Shown here in pieces: positions 19,438 through 29,675 of a stretch of DNA of 64,000 nt; position 1 is the first letter of the stretch, and every line of letters begins with the position of its first letter. The position numbers and the translations under genes were made by a program. The stretch lies in assembly GCA_037447435.1 (NCBI GenBank), contig JBBIGR010000004.1, positions 1 to 64,000 on the forward strand. The letters run 5' to 3'. This DNA comes from Fibrobacteria bacterium. GTDB taxonomy: Bacteria > Fibrobacterota > Chitinivibrionia > Chitinivibrionales > FEN-1185. Under the pieces are notes generated by a model. That model was not told where the DNA came from. It searched no databases and worked only from the letters and a program-made list of their open reading frames with translations.

Positions 19438-21258
19438 GTGCGTTCGGCTATTGTTTTATTTAGTTTTTTGTTCCTTTTTTCCACAGCATCGTTTGGGCAG
19501 GATGTCAATTTTTCCGTGACTGCCGACCGTACATCGGTTTCTTTGGGAGAACGGGTGGTTGTCACCGCCCAAATTACATCGAATAAAAAACTCTCGGGGA
19601 ATTTTGCCCCGCAAATCGGAAAAAACGACGAATTCGACGTGCTGTCCCAGAACCAGGACCAAAGCCAATCCACCTCTATCAACGTCATCAACGGAAAAAT
19701 GACCCAATCCGTTACAATTTCCTATATGTTTTACTATACGATACTGCCGAAAAAACCCGGAGAATTCACTTTTCCCGCCTTAACAAGCGTCATAGACGGC
19801 GCATCATACTCCTCTGCACCGTTTAAAATCAACGTGGGTAAAGAAGCCGCCCAGGCAGCATCGGATGTAAAGTTCACCATTTCGGCGAACAAACGGACTT
19901 TGTATGTGGGAGAACAGGGATTGCTCACGGTCCAAATCGCCATCAAGCCGAACGCACAGGTGACGCAGCAGGGTTTTGCTCAAAGCATGGACAGGATAAA
20001 CAAATCGTTGGGCGCCAATTTTTCAGTCATTCAATTGACCAATCAGGTCAAAGGCGTCAATCAAACGATCAACGGCGAAAACTTTGCCGTTTTTAAGGTG
20101 CAGTTTGCCGTTTTCCCCCTCAAGGCGGGCGGCTTTTCCATCCCGCCCCAATCGCTTGAATTCGTCACGCTTAAACGCGTACAAAGCCGCCGCGACCCGT
20201 TCGACGATTTTTTCGGCGGCGGATTTTTCAATAACAACGTACAGCAGGTCGCCAACAGCACGGTCTCCAACAGCCTTTCGTTCCAGGTCAATATTCTTCC
20301 TTCGCAACCCAAAGGGTTCGAGGGTGCCGTGGGAAATTTCAGCTTATCCGTAAATGCGGATCCGAAGGTTGTCCCCGCACAGGAAGCCCTTACCCTCTCT
20401 TTGGTATTAAAGGGCAATACGCGTCCCAACAGCATGCCCGACATTTCTTTGCCGACGCTGTCCGATTGCGAAGTATTTGCCCCGGAAAAACGGGCAACAA
20501 TGGATACGACTCAAAACGGCATATCCTGTGTAAAAAGTTTCAAATACCTGCTGATCCCAAAAAACGAGGGAACCCTGACCATTCCCCAAATTTCCTGGAC
20601 CTATTTTGACCCTGCGTCCCAGTCGTACAAAACGTTGAATTCCTCCCCCATCGCGATTACGGTGACAAAAGGGAAAGCCGGTCAGGCCGCGCAAACCAGA
20701 TATCTGACGCAAGAGGAAATCCGGCAAGTCGGGCAAGATATACGGTATATAAAAACCAACGAAAAATTAAAATCCCAATCCGACGAGCCGTATAAGAATC
20801 CCGTCCTGTTGCTGCTCTTCCCGATACCCTTTCTGACGGTATTGTTCGGGTTTCTTTACAAAGTTCAATCCGTGCGGTCCGGCAAGAATACGGCGCAGGT
20901 ATTACGCAAGCACGCCTACCGTAAAACAATGAAAAGCCTGTCGGCGCTTCAAAAAGTCCAACAAACCGTCGGCGGGTCCGATTTCCTGTCGCATCTCTAT
21001 GCCGCCGTCGAATCGTATCTGACGCATAAATTCGGGTTTATAGCGGCCGGAAAAACAATCGACGAAGTAAAAACCGAACTTCTCGCATCGGGCGTAACGT
21101 CCGATGCGGTCGAAGCGTGCGCGGCACTGCTTTCATCGATAGATGGCTTCCGGTTCGGCATGTCGGCCTTAGACAATGCCGCACGGTCCGCATTGCTGCA
21201 AAAAGCCGGGACGCTTATTGACGAAATGGATGCTATGAAAAAAGGGAAAAAAGCATGA
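19438..21258 (+). CDS. batD: BatD family protein
   Basis: Signal peptide, SINVINGK, PKKPGEFT, DPFDDFFG, GAVGNF, YFDP, QDIRYIK, C-terminal TM. Confidence 0.88.
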   Translation: MRSAIVLFSFLFLFSTASFGQDVNFSVTADRTSVSLGERVVVTAQITSNKKLSGNFAPQIGKNDEFDVLSQNQDQSQSTSINVINGKMTQSVTISYMFYYTILPKKPGEFTFPALTSVIDGASYSSAPFKINVGKEAAQAASDVKFTISANKRTLYVGEQGLLTVQIAIKPNAQVTQQGFAQSMDRINKSLGANFSVIQLTNQVKGVNQTINGENFAVFKVQFAVFPLKAGGFSIPPQSLEFVTLKRVQSRRDPFDDFFGGGFFNNNVQQVANSTVSNSLSFQVNILPSQPKGFEGAVGNFSLSVNADPKVVPAQEALTLSLVLKGNTRPNSMPDISLPTLSDCEVFAPEKRATMDTTQNGISCVKSFKYLLIPKNEGTLTIPQISWTYFDPASQSYKTLNSSPIAITVTKGKAGQAAQTRYLTQEEIRQVGQDIRYIKTNEKLKSQSDEPYKNPVLLLLFPIPFLTVLFGFLYKVQSVRSGKNTAQVLRKHAYRKTMKSLSALQKVQQTVGGSDFLSHLYAAVESYLTHKFGFIAAGKTIDEVKTELLASGVTSDAVEACAALLSSIDGFRFGMSALDNAARSALLQKAGTLIDEMDAMKKGKKA

Positions 21259-22019
21259 GAGTTCGTACGTTGCTGTTGGGTTGTTTGTTAGCCTGCTTGC
21301 CCCTTGTTCCGCAAACGGTTTGGGCGGCACCGGTCAATTTCTGGTTCGACAAAGCGAATGCATTGTATGAACAACAGGCATATGACAGTGCGGCATTGTA
21401 TTACGAAAAAATCATCGAATCGGGGACCAATAACAGCTCGGTATATTTCAATCTCGGCAATGCATATTTCCGGCTTAAAAAAATCGGGCCTGCCGTTTTA
21501 AATTTCGAGAAAGCGCGTCAACTTTCCCCCGACGATCAGGACATCATTGCGAATCTTCGGTTTGCAAATTCGTCGATTATCGACCGGCTTCCGCAGCAAG
21601 AAGAATCGTTTGTCGGCGCCATTCTGCATCGCGCCCATACCTTTTTGTCTCTCGCTGCGCAATTATGGGTGCTTTGGGCACTGCTGTTTATTTTATCCGG
21701 ATTAATCGTTGCGATACTGTACGTCCAATCGAATATCCGTCTCTGGCTCATATACCTGTCGACGCTTCTCTTTGTCATTTCGTCAAGTGTCGGGATATCT
21801 GCGGGAATAAAGATATACGCAAAAGAAAATATTTCCTATGCGATAGTCCTGTCGCCGACGCTCGATGCGAAAAACCAGCCCAACGGCAATAAAATTCTGT
21901 TCACGGTACACGAAGGCACAAAGTTCAGAATCCGGAAAACCATTAGCGACTGGTCTTTGGTCAGCCTGTCGACCGGCGTGAGCGGATGGGTGCAAACAAG
22001 TTCGCTCGGCCGCATCTGA
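21255..22019 (+). CDS. batE: BatE TPR + SH3-like protein
   Basis: YFNLGNAY TPR, two TMs, VHEGTK...GWV. Confidence 0.88.
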   Translation: MRVRTLLLGCLLACLPLVPQTVWAAPVNFWFDKANALYEQQAYDSAALYYEKIIESGTNNSSVYFNLGNAYFRLKKIGPAVLNFEKARQLSPDDQDIIANLRFANSSIIDRLPQQEESFVGAILHRAHTFLSLAAQLWVLWALLFILSGLIVAILYVQSNIRLWLIYLSTLLFVISSSVGISAGIKIYAKENISYAIVLSPTLDAKNQPNGNKILFTVHEGTKFRIRKTISDWSLVSLSTGVSGWVQTSSLGRI

Positions 22020-22108
22020 TTTTCCCCCTCGCTTTTCCCTGTTTTTTTTTATGCCCGTATTGGATCATTAAAGAGGAACCCATTTACCCGTTTTCTGTAG
22101 CGGTATCC

Positions 22109-23389
22109 ATGGACAGTAACCAAAACAATGTCGACACGTTCGCTCACGCGCGTGAGGAGATGTGGAAAAACGCGGCCGACAAATCCCTTTCCAAAGAGGA
22201 TTTGATCCGGTCTCTTTTGTCTATTACCGGAACGGTCATGAGCGCGAACCGGGCGAGTTATTTCGAATCCGATCAACAAACGGCCGATTTGACCTGTACG
22301 GTGCAATGGTGCATGGCCGATTTCGTCACCTACGCCGGTGCGACCTTTCCCAACTCCGGGTTTGTCAAACTTTTGCAGGGCATGTCCGATCAACCGGTAC
22401 AAACGACCATGACGGCGATCTCGCAAAATCCCGACTGCAGCGACCTTGCCGCCCATTTTCAAAAGCACTCGATCAATTCGCTTCTTCTTGTCCCGCTGTT
22501 GCCTTCACAATCCTGTTTTTTTTCGTTTGCCGATTGCCTTTCCGATCGGACTTGGAGCGAAGAAGAAATCGCCTTGGCAATGCTGATGAAAAACATCGTA
22601 TCCATGCGTATCGACCAGCTTAAAACGGAAGCCGAAAAGGTCATTCTCGAGAATCAACTCCGTCATGCGCAAACGCTCGAGGCCATCGGGCAATTGGCCG
22701 GGGGTGTGGCCCATGATTTCAACAATATCCTTGGAGCGATTTCCGGATATGCCGAAATGATAAAACAGAAATTTGCGCCGGGAAATCCCAAGCTCGATAA
22801 ATATGCAAGTGCAATCCTCTCGGGCGCGCACAAGGCTGCCGAGCTGACGGGGAAACTTTTGGCTTTTGCACGACGCGGCAGGTATCAGAAACTGGCTTTG
22901 GATATTCACGAATTGATTTCCAATACTATCCAGTTGTTGGAACATTCAACCGGGCCTTCGGTAAAAATTTCCCTGCAACTCAACGCCCCCTATCACGGGA
23001 TAATCGGCGATCCCACACAAATGCAGAATATTTTAGTCAGCATCACAAACAACGCGCTTGACGCAATGCCGCTGGGCGGCAGTATTGTCTTTACAACATC
23101 AAACGGCGATATTCCCGAACTATTGGCAAAGTCCCGTCCCGAAACCACCGTCGGCCCGTATGTCATTATTGCCGTTTCCGACACGGGAACCGGCATGGAC
23201 GAACGGACTAAAGAGAAACTGTTCGAGCCTTTTTTCACCACCAAAGACATAGGAAAAGGGGTCGGTCTCGGCCTTGCGAGCGTGTATGGGGCTATCACCA
23301 GTCACGAAGGATTTATTTCAGTGGATTCCAAGCCGGGCCGCGGTACGACCATCACCTTGTATTTGCCGGTAGACAAAACCTTACTATAG
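22109..23389 (+). CDS. Cytoplasmic GAF sensor histidine kinase
   Basis: H-box GQLAGGVAHDFNN, NALDAM, DTGTGM, FEPFFTTK, GVGLGL. Start reassigned to 22109. Confidence 0.9.
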   Translation: MDSNQNNVDTFAHAREEMWKNAADKSLSKEDLIRSLLSITGTVMSANRASYFESDQQTADLTCTVQWCMADFVTYAGATFPNSGFVKLLQGMSDQPVQTTMTAISQNPDCSDLAAHFQKHSINSLLLVPLLPSQSCFFSFADCLSDRTWSEEEIALAMLMKNIVSMRIDQLKTEAEKVILENQLRHAQTLEAIGQLAGGVAHDFNNILGAISGYAEMIKQKFAPGNPKLDKYASAILSGAHKAAELTGKLLAFARRGRYQKLALDIHELISNTIQLLEHSTGPSVKISLQLNAPYHGIIGDPTQMQNILVSITNNALDAMPLGGSIVFTTSNGDIPELLAKSRPETTVGPYVIIAVSDTGTGMDERTKEKLFEPFFTTKDIGKGVGLGLASVYGAITSHEGFISVDSKPGRGTTITLYLPVDKTLL

Positions 23390-24199
23390 CCTTTTTAAAC
23401 GTTGCCATTCCCGCGCGACCCCATCTTCGTCGTTGGTCCAGGGCGATACGTAGGGAGCGGCGCGCAGTGCGTCTTCCGATGAATTTTTCATGGCAACGGC
23501 ATAGCCGGCCTTTTCAAACATGGGAATATCGTTATTCGCATCGCCGAATACCGCGCAATCGGCGCAATCGATACCATAGGATTTTGCAAGCGCTTCGATG
23601 CCGATGCCTTTATTGGCCAACGGATTTAAAAATTCCAAATAATAGTTCCACGTACGCACGATATACACCTTCTCGCCCCATTCCTTCCGGTACGATTGTT
23701 CTTCTCCGTCTAATTCAGCGCTGTCGCCGACGAAAATGATTTTGCTTGGCGAACGCCCGAGAAAACGGTCGAACGTGGGAACGGTTTCGCAGGGTGTTGC
23801 GGTTTGAGAATAATACAGGTCCATCCATTTCGACGTGTTTTTATTGCGGACGGCGTACAAATTATCATCGATGTAATAATTGACCGCGTATTGTTTGTCG
23901 TACGAACGCGCGATGAGTTCGTCGGCAAAGGTACAATGAAGCGGAGCCGAATGCACCAGTTTCGAACCATGCGATTTGTCCATAAAAACCGCAGCACCGT
24001 TCAGGGTCAGCAAGGCAACATCCACGGGAATTTCATTCACGTATCGTCGCATGCTGGAACCGAGCCTTCCCGATGCGAGCGCAACGACGCACCCGCACGC
24101 GGCCATATCGATAAGCGCTTCTTTATTTGCCTGGGAAAGGGTTTTATTGGACGTGAGCAAGGTTCCATCGAGGTCGAATGCGAGTAATTTTGGGGCCAT
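23384..24199 (-). CDS. Cof-type HAD-IIB hydrolase
   Basis: DLDGTL, ASGR, NGA, NKG, FGDANNDIPM, NDEDGV. Confidence 0.92.
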   Translation of the reverse strand: MAPKLLAFDLDGTLLTSNKTLSQANKEALIDMAACGCVVALASGRLGSSMRRYVNEIPVDVALLTLNGAAVFMDKSHGSKLVHSAPLHCTFADELIARSYDKQYAVNYYIDDNLYAVRNKNTSKWMDLYYSQTATPCETVPTFDRFLGRSPSKIIFVGDSAELDGEEQSYRKEWGEKVYIVRTWNYYLEFLNPLANKGIGIEALAKSYGIDCADCAVFGDANNDIPMFEKAGYAVAMKNSSEDALRAAPYVSPWTNDEDGVAREWQRLKRL

Positions 24200-24259
24200 C
24201 CATAGTCCTTAAACGTTTTTTTTTCGCTGCGGATTTTTTTATATGTAAATTGTTTTTTA

Positions 24260-24823
24260 TCAGGGGCCGGCTGTTTTTTCGTCAACAAGAAGGTCCTTGA
24301 ACAATTCATCCGAAATAAAACTCTTGTCGGTTCCCCCGTTCTGCAAAGCCTGGGCCGATCCGTCCAATTGAGATATTTTATCCTCATCGACCGTGATGAC
24401 CCGGCCGGAATCCAAAGGCGCTTCGGGTCCCTGTTCTTCGATGAACGTCCGCAATTTATCGTTGGTTTCCCGCAAACGGGTCACCAGGATTTTTATCATG
24501 TTCACCATCCAAACGGGAATATGCTGTAATTGTTCTTCAAACACGTTCCGAGTAATGACCATGCAAACGGTCGGCACCAGGGCCTGGACGCTTGCCGAGC
24601 GCGGATTGTCATCGATCATCGCCATTTCACCGAACATGGCCTTGGGACCGAGCGTACATAATTCTATTTCCGTTTTTTCATCGCAGGAAGCGGTTTTAAA
24701 TACCCTGACCCGTCCCGATTGAATAATGTACATTCCATCGGCTTCGCTGTCTTCGGAAAAAATGATTTCCCCTCGGGAATATTTTTTTTTCTTTATCGGA
24801 TAATATCGCATCTCGTTCTCCAT
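24260..24823 (-). CDS. Cyclic-nucleotide-binding domain protein (no HTH seen)
   Basis: GEIIF, MYIIQSGRV, FGEMA...PRSASV, RLRETN. Confidence 0.88.
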   Translation of the reverse strand: MENEMRYYPIKKKKYSRGEIIFSEDSEADGMYIIQSGRVRVFKTASCDEKTEIELCTLGPKAMFGEMAMIDDNPRSASVQALVPTVCMVITRNVFEEQLQHIPVWMVNMIKILVTRLRETNDKLRTFIEEQGPEAPLDSGRVITVDEDKISQLDGSAQALQNGGTDKSFISDELFKDLLVDEKTAGP

Positions 24824-24899
24824 TTAAAATAACTCGGAGCGGCATACAGCGAGTATACCATTGGCACAAACGGTAATCCAAGAGATTTTATATCGAAAA

Positions 24900-26750
24900 T
24901 TATAAATGATCGGAATTAACGAGATAGCGTTCTCGGTAAAAAAACAATTTCGGGTCTGTAAATTTATAAAAGCTTTTTCCGAAATCTATACCGTCGCCCG
25001 GCTCGCTTTTGATTCCATAGGCGACATGGACATGCGGTCCGGTCGTTTGCCCGGTCAACCCGACGGTGCCGACGGCCGTCCCCTTTTTTATATACGTACC
25101 ATTTGTAAAGAACCGTTTATCCATGTGGGAAAAAGTCAGAATGGTTCCGTCCTTGACAACTCCTACAGAGTGGCCGCCCGACTGGCTGTCTTTATTGATG
25201 ACGATGCCGTCCAGGGGCGTAATGATTTTCGATCCCAATGCGGCAGCGACATCGATGCCGTAATGAGGCGTGCCGCCGCCGCTTCCCCGTTCGAGCCAAT
25301 CGCCGGTAATGTACGTGCATGAATCGTCGACCATGGTCATGAAAAACTCATAGACCGGAATCAATTCCTTTTCCCGGGGATTGACAATCTGGGAGGGCGG
25401 ATAAAAGGTAACGGTCGTGTTTTTGGGAATATCGTCGATGTTTTTTATTTTTGTTTCCCCCGCGATCCGCGTACGGTTGTAAATATCGACGGTTTCCTGG
25501 CAATAGGAATGTATTTCCGCAGGCCCGGGAACAAATGCCCGGTACCGGCAAATGACGAATTTGGCAAATTTGTAAATCGATTCCCCGGGAAAGAACGTAT
25601 GGGAAATCAGCTTTTTACTCGGATCGATGAGCTGTACCGGCGCAAGCGGCCGCGGCGAAACCGGATTGATTGCGGGCATGGTGGATCCTAAAATGACCGC
25701 CGCGATGATGCCCGCCGCGATTTTCGGTACGAATCCGGGAACCGAATATATCTGCCTCGCCCAGGATGCTTTTCCCTTTGGCAAGGGGCTGTTCAATACG
25801 TACTGCACTCGCCTGGCAAGTTCGTCGAATGCCCGTGTCGCTGCACTGTACTGATGGAATTGTTGAACTGGTTTTCCCTCGTCCTGCGCATCACGGATAG
25901 TCGCCGATTCGGGAATCTCGAGATCGAACATGACCGATTGGGGAATAATCGACAGGCCGGTTTCCGTTTTCACCTGTACCGATTCGCATAATCCGTCAAG
26001 GTATTTCCGGTTCTCGTTCATGGTCCGGGTTTTGCCCTTTATTTTTGATTCCTGGGATCCGAACACCTCGTTTTTCACGATGCGGACCCGGATCGCCGGA
26101 TTCTTGCGCGCCATGTTTTTTACATTGACAAAATAGTCTTTCAGGCTTTTGGTGGCAAGCGCATTAAGGGTCACGGGAATAAGGTTCAGACTGCTTTTTT
26201 TATACAGCGTTTTCGTCAAAGAATTCCAAACCGACGGCGTATCGACAACGATGTATTCGTAGTACTGGCGGCACAATTCGAGGTTATAGGTAAAATTTTG
26301 CAAATGAAAGAAGAAAACCGGCTTGAACAAATCGGAGTTCGCCGGTATTAGGTCCAATCCTTCATGGATCGGTTGCGTCAGGCACGGGATTTCCCCGCAC
26401 CCGATGAGTCCGGAAAACAAATGAGATTCGAGGGAATCGACAGCCGAACGTATTGTGCCGCGCTTGGATTCCGAGGCCGGCAAAGGGCCCTGTTTCGCAG
26501 CGCAAAACCGTTTACAAAACAGCTGCCATGAGGATTTTGAAACCGAACCGGTATCGACGCCGAGGGCGACCGTCGCGCTGCCCTGGACATCCAAATCGAT
26601 GAGGAGCGTACGGCCTTTTTTAGAAAACGCGGCAGCCAGGTTCGTGGCCACCGTCGACTTGCCGACGCCGCCCTTGATATTGGCGACATGAACAATGCCG
26701 CCATTGTCGCAATCTGCGAAAATCAACGTCTTGGGTTGGCGTACGGCCAT
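24900..26750 (-). CDS. ParA/Soj-type ATPase fused to TM, LysM-like and M23 peptidase domains
   Basis: KGGVGKST, DLDVQG, IVVDTP; TM IAAGIIAAVILG; HTFFPGESIYKFAK; M23 motifs HYGID and TTGPHVH. Confidence 0.85.
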   Translation of the reverse strand: MAVRQPKTLIFADCDNGGIVHVANIKGGVGKSTVATNLAAAFSKKGRTLLIDLDVQGSATVALGVDTGSVSKSSWQLFCKRFCAAKQGPLPASESKRGTIRSAVDSLESHLFSGLIGCGEIPCLTQPIHEGLDLIPANSDLFKPVFFFHLQNFTYNLELCRQYYEYIVVDTPSVWNSLTKTLYKKSSLNLIPVTLNALATKSLKDYFVNVKNMARKNPAIRVRIVKNEVFGSQESKIKGKTRTMNENRKYLDGLCESVQVKTETGLSIIPQSVMFDLEIPESATIRDAQDEGKPVQQFHQYSAATRAFDELARRVQYVLNSPLPKGKASWARQIYSVPGFVPKIAAGIIAAVILGSTMPAINPVSPRPLAPVQLIDPSKKLISHTFFPGESIYKFAKFVICRYRAFVPGPAEIHSYCQETVDIYNRTRIAGETKIKNIDDIPKNTTVTFYPPSQIVNPREKELIPVYEFFMTMVDDSCTYITGDWLERGSGGGTPHYGIDVAAALGSKIITPLDGIVINKDSQSGGHSVGVVKDGTILTFSHMDKRFFTNGTYIKKGTAVGTVGLTGQTTGPHVHVAYGIKSEPGDGIDFGKSFYKFTDPKLFFYRERYLVNSDHL

Positions 26751-26773
26751 AACACTCCAATGGACTTACTCTG

Positions 26774-27130
26774 CTATAGCGTATTGGACAATGCTTCCGC
26801 TATGGCTTCGACTTCCGTCGGTTTTGTCAATACATAATCTTTTTCATTTCTGGGCCTGTCGGGCAACGCCGTAAAATTCTGCGGTGCATTGTAAAAAACC
26901 ACCGGCACGGCTTCGAGTTTTTTGCCGATGTCAAAATACGAATACATTGCGCGCCCCTGATGCCACGACTCGACATCGACGCACACATGCGTCGGCGTCG
27001 ACGACGACACGGCGGTCATGAAATCGTTGCTCGATGAGCAGGATACAACCTTGTGCCTGTTCTTTTCCAAAAGCGCGGTCAATTCGTTCCGTCTTGTTTT
27101 TAAGCCGTCCAACACAATAATATCCATCAA
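26774..27130 (-). CDS. Atypical single-domain response-regulator receiver
   Basis: IIVLDG, CVD, VPVVF, LTKP; RBS AGGAGG. Confidence 0.65.
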   Translation of the reverse strand: MMDIIVLDGLKTRRNELTALLEKNRHKVVSCSSSNDFMTAVSSSTPTHVCVDVESWHQGRAMYSYFDIGKKLEAVPVVFYNAPQNFTALPDRPRNEKDYVLTKPTEVEAIAEALSNTL

Positions 27131-27244
27131 AGATCCTCCTTGTTTTCACAATTGTTAAGGGTACAAAAAAAACACTGCGGGTGATCAAGGTTGTAAAAAC
27201 CACCCGCAATATAGTTATGACCCGATTTCAGTATATCATTATGG

Positions 27245-27934
27245 TCAGGATTTTTCCAGAACCAAAATTTCAGTCAGAAAATTTTCAGCTTTTTGCTTAA
27301 ACGACGATGCCTGGGCAGTTGTGTCGCCAATTATTTGTTCGCAATATTTTTTCGCTTCTTCCACTTTACCCAGATCCTTGGCTATCAGGGCCGATTTCCA
27401 TTGTAATTGGGGAAAACGATAGCGGATACGGTCGTCTTTCATTGCTTTTTGCAAATATTCCAAGGATTCCTGTTTATTGCCCTTGGCTTCATAACATGCC
27501 GCGATGGCCTCCAAAGCATCGGCCCCGACAAATCCGGTTTGGGGGTCGTTGGACTGTGCCTCTTTAAACCAGTTTATGGCTTCATCGTATTTGTTCTGAC
27601 CAAGCAAAAGGTTCCCAAGAACAAAGGCACTGTACGACGCCTGTACCGAGTTTTTATGGGTTTCAATGACGGCCTTAAAAGCTTCGAAGGTTTTATTGAC
27701 ATCACCCGTCTGATAGGTGATCATTGCTTTCCCAAAGAGTTCCTGGGCCTTTTTTTCGCTTGACGTCTTAAAATAGCGGTATCCGAAACCGCCCAATAAT
27801 ACCGCGCAAACGACGATCGCGCCTATGAAGAAGGAGTTGCTGTTTTTAACGACGAAATCCTTGGCATCGTTCAAAAAATCCATAACCGGGTCTTGCCGCA
27901 TTTCCTGTTTTTTCTTGCTGTACTTAATTTCCAA
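27245..27934 (-). CDS. Membrane-anchored TPR protein (YfgM-like)
   Basis: KKQEMRQD N-terminus, single TM, TPR helices; RBS AGGAGG with TTG start. Confidence 0.8.
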   Translation of the reverse strand: MEIKYSKKKQEMRQDPVMDFLNDAKDFVVKNSNSFFIGAIVVCAVLLGGFGYRYFKTSSEKKAQELFGKAMITYQTGDVNKTFEAFKAVIETHKNSVQASYSAFVLGNLLLGQNKYDEAINWFKEAQSNDPQTGFVGADALEAIAACYEAKGNKQESLEYLQKAMKDDRIRYRFPQLQWKSALIAKDLGKVEEAKKYCEQIIGDTTAQASSFKQKAENFLTEILVLEKS

Positions 27935-28143
27935 GTATTCCTCCTTATAGACAGTCTGTTTTAATAATTATTTTAAAATACATTCCTGGCCCGCCTATAT
28001 TCAATAACGGGAAGCCTTGATTCCAAAGCCTCCCCAATACGTGAAATCCGTTCCGACAAATTCCTCTTTGAAAATACCGGTTTGGATTGTATACTATTAA
28101 AAAACGGCAATGCGGACAAAACGGAAAGAGCGACCATTCTACA

Positions 28144-29673
28144 ATGAACATTAACGATTTATCCGAAAAATACACCCAGCTTCAGGAGCAAAACGAGCAA
28201 CTCAAATCCCAGCTCATGAGCAATTCATTGATCTATGAATTGACAAAAGTAATGCATTCCTGCACCGACCTCGACGGCATCATCAAAACCGTTCTGTTGG
28301 GAATTCAGGAAATCATCAATTTTCAACGGGTCATTTTGTTTGAAATAGACCGCGAACATTTCAACCTCAAGCCCAAGTCCTGGGTCGGGCTCACCGATAC
28401 CAACGTGAAAGACCTCGTCGTACCGCTTGGATTCGAAGGCGGAGAAATTACGGACTCGATTTTTTTGAACCGTCACCTTATCGTTGATAATCCCGACTCG
28501 TCATTCGACCCTTTTGCCCAAAAACTGAATTCGCCGTCATACCTGGTCATACCGCTCATCAATAAGGCGACGCGCAAATGCTGGGAAGTTAAAAATTGCA
28601 ATAAGCTCACCTGCCCAGCCTACGGGAGTTACAACCCCTATTGCTGGAGCATTCCGAATTCGGGACAATTGCTCAATGCAACATCGGAAAACGAAAAACG
28701 CAAAGGGTGCAGTGCCTGTTCCTGTTTTAAAGTAGAGGGTGTTTTCTGGATGGACAGGTCCGACAAGGAAATCCCGATAACCAGCGACGACATCACCACG
28801 ATTTCGGCGGTTATCAATCAAGCGGGGTTGATTCTGGAAAACTTCAGGATTTTCAATGCGCTGGAAAAGGCCAATGACGACCTTCAAAACGCCAATTCGC
28901 AGCTTACCCTTGTCAACCACGATCTTCAGGTCGCGCAGGCAAAAATCAATACCGATCTCGAACACGCCCGGACCATTCAGCAAGGACTGCTGCCTCAAGG
29001 CAGTCTCAATATTCCCGGGTTTTCCATCGGCGCCCGATACATTCCCGCCGATGCGGTCGGCGGGGATTATTACGATGTTTTCGAAATTTCTCCGGGCACT
29101 TTCGGCATAATCGTGGCCGACGTTTCCGGACACGGCATTTCCTCGGCCCTCATCATGTCTATGGTCAAAGTATTGCTTAAAACCCACGCCACGATAGAGC
29201 GTTCGCCGCAAAAAACGTTGGAAGTCATTAATCAAACGTTTCTAAGCGAAATTAAAACGGACAACTTCGTGACGATTTTCTATGCGCTCGTGGATACGAA
29301 ATCGCATTTGATCACCTATACGTCAGCAGGGCATTGCCCGATTCTCCTTTTGAACAAAGATTCGCGCGAATGTTCGCTTATCAAAGCCGACGGGCTGTTT
29401 TTGGGTATTTTTCCCGATATGATGTTGAAAGAAACGAGCTATTCCTATACGCCGGGGCAGGAACGGATCGTCTTGTATACCGACGGTTTGACGGAAGCAA
29501 GAAACAAAAACGAGGATATGTTCGAATTGTCGAAATTGACCGATGCTTCGATGCAAACGCTCGCCTTTTCCCCATCCGAAACCGTGGAGAAAATCCTGGC
29601 GACTCAGAAAAATTTTTGCGGTTCCCAGCAAGTGCCCGAGGACGACATCACGCTGTTGGTCATCGACCTGTAA
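28144..29673 (+). CDS. GAF + SpoIIE/PP2C (RsbU-like) phosphatase with a Cys-rich two-CW-type insertion
   Basis: ARTIQQGLLP, VGGDYYD, ADVSGHG, SAGH, YTDGLTE, DDIT; insert CWEVKNC...CPAY...CW...CSACSC. Start reassigned to 28144. Confidence 0.9.
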   Translation: MNINDLSEKYTQLQEQNEQLKSQLMSNSLIYELTKVMHSCTDLDGIIKTVLLGIQEIINFQRVILFEIDREHFNLKPKSWVGLTDTNVKDLVVPLGFEGGEITDSIFLNRHLIVDNPDSSFDPFAQKLNSPSYLVIPLINKATRKCWEVKNCNKLTCPAYGSYNPYCWSIPNSGQLLNATSENEKRKGCSACSCFKVEGVFWMDRSDKEIPITSDDITTISAVINQAGLILENFRIFNALEKANDDLQNANSQLTLVNHDLQVAQAKINTDLEHARTIQQGLLPQGSLNIPGFSIGARYIPADAVGGDYYDVFEISPGTFGIIVADVSGHGISSALIMSMVKVLLKTHATIERSPQKTLEVINQTFLSEIKTDNFVTIFYALVDTKSHLITYTSAGHCPILLLNKDSRECSLIKADGLFLGIFPDMMLKETSYSYTPGQERIVLYTDGLTEARNKNEDMFELSKLTDASMQTLAFSPSETVEKILATQKNFCGSQQVPEDDITLLVIDL

Positions 29674-29675
29674 CC

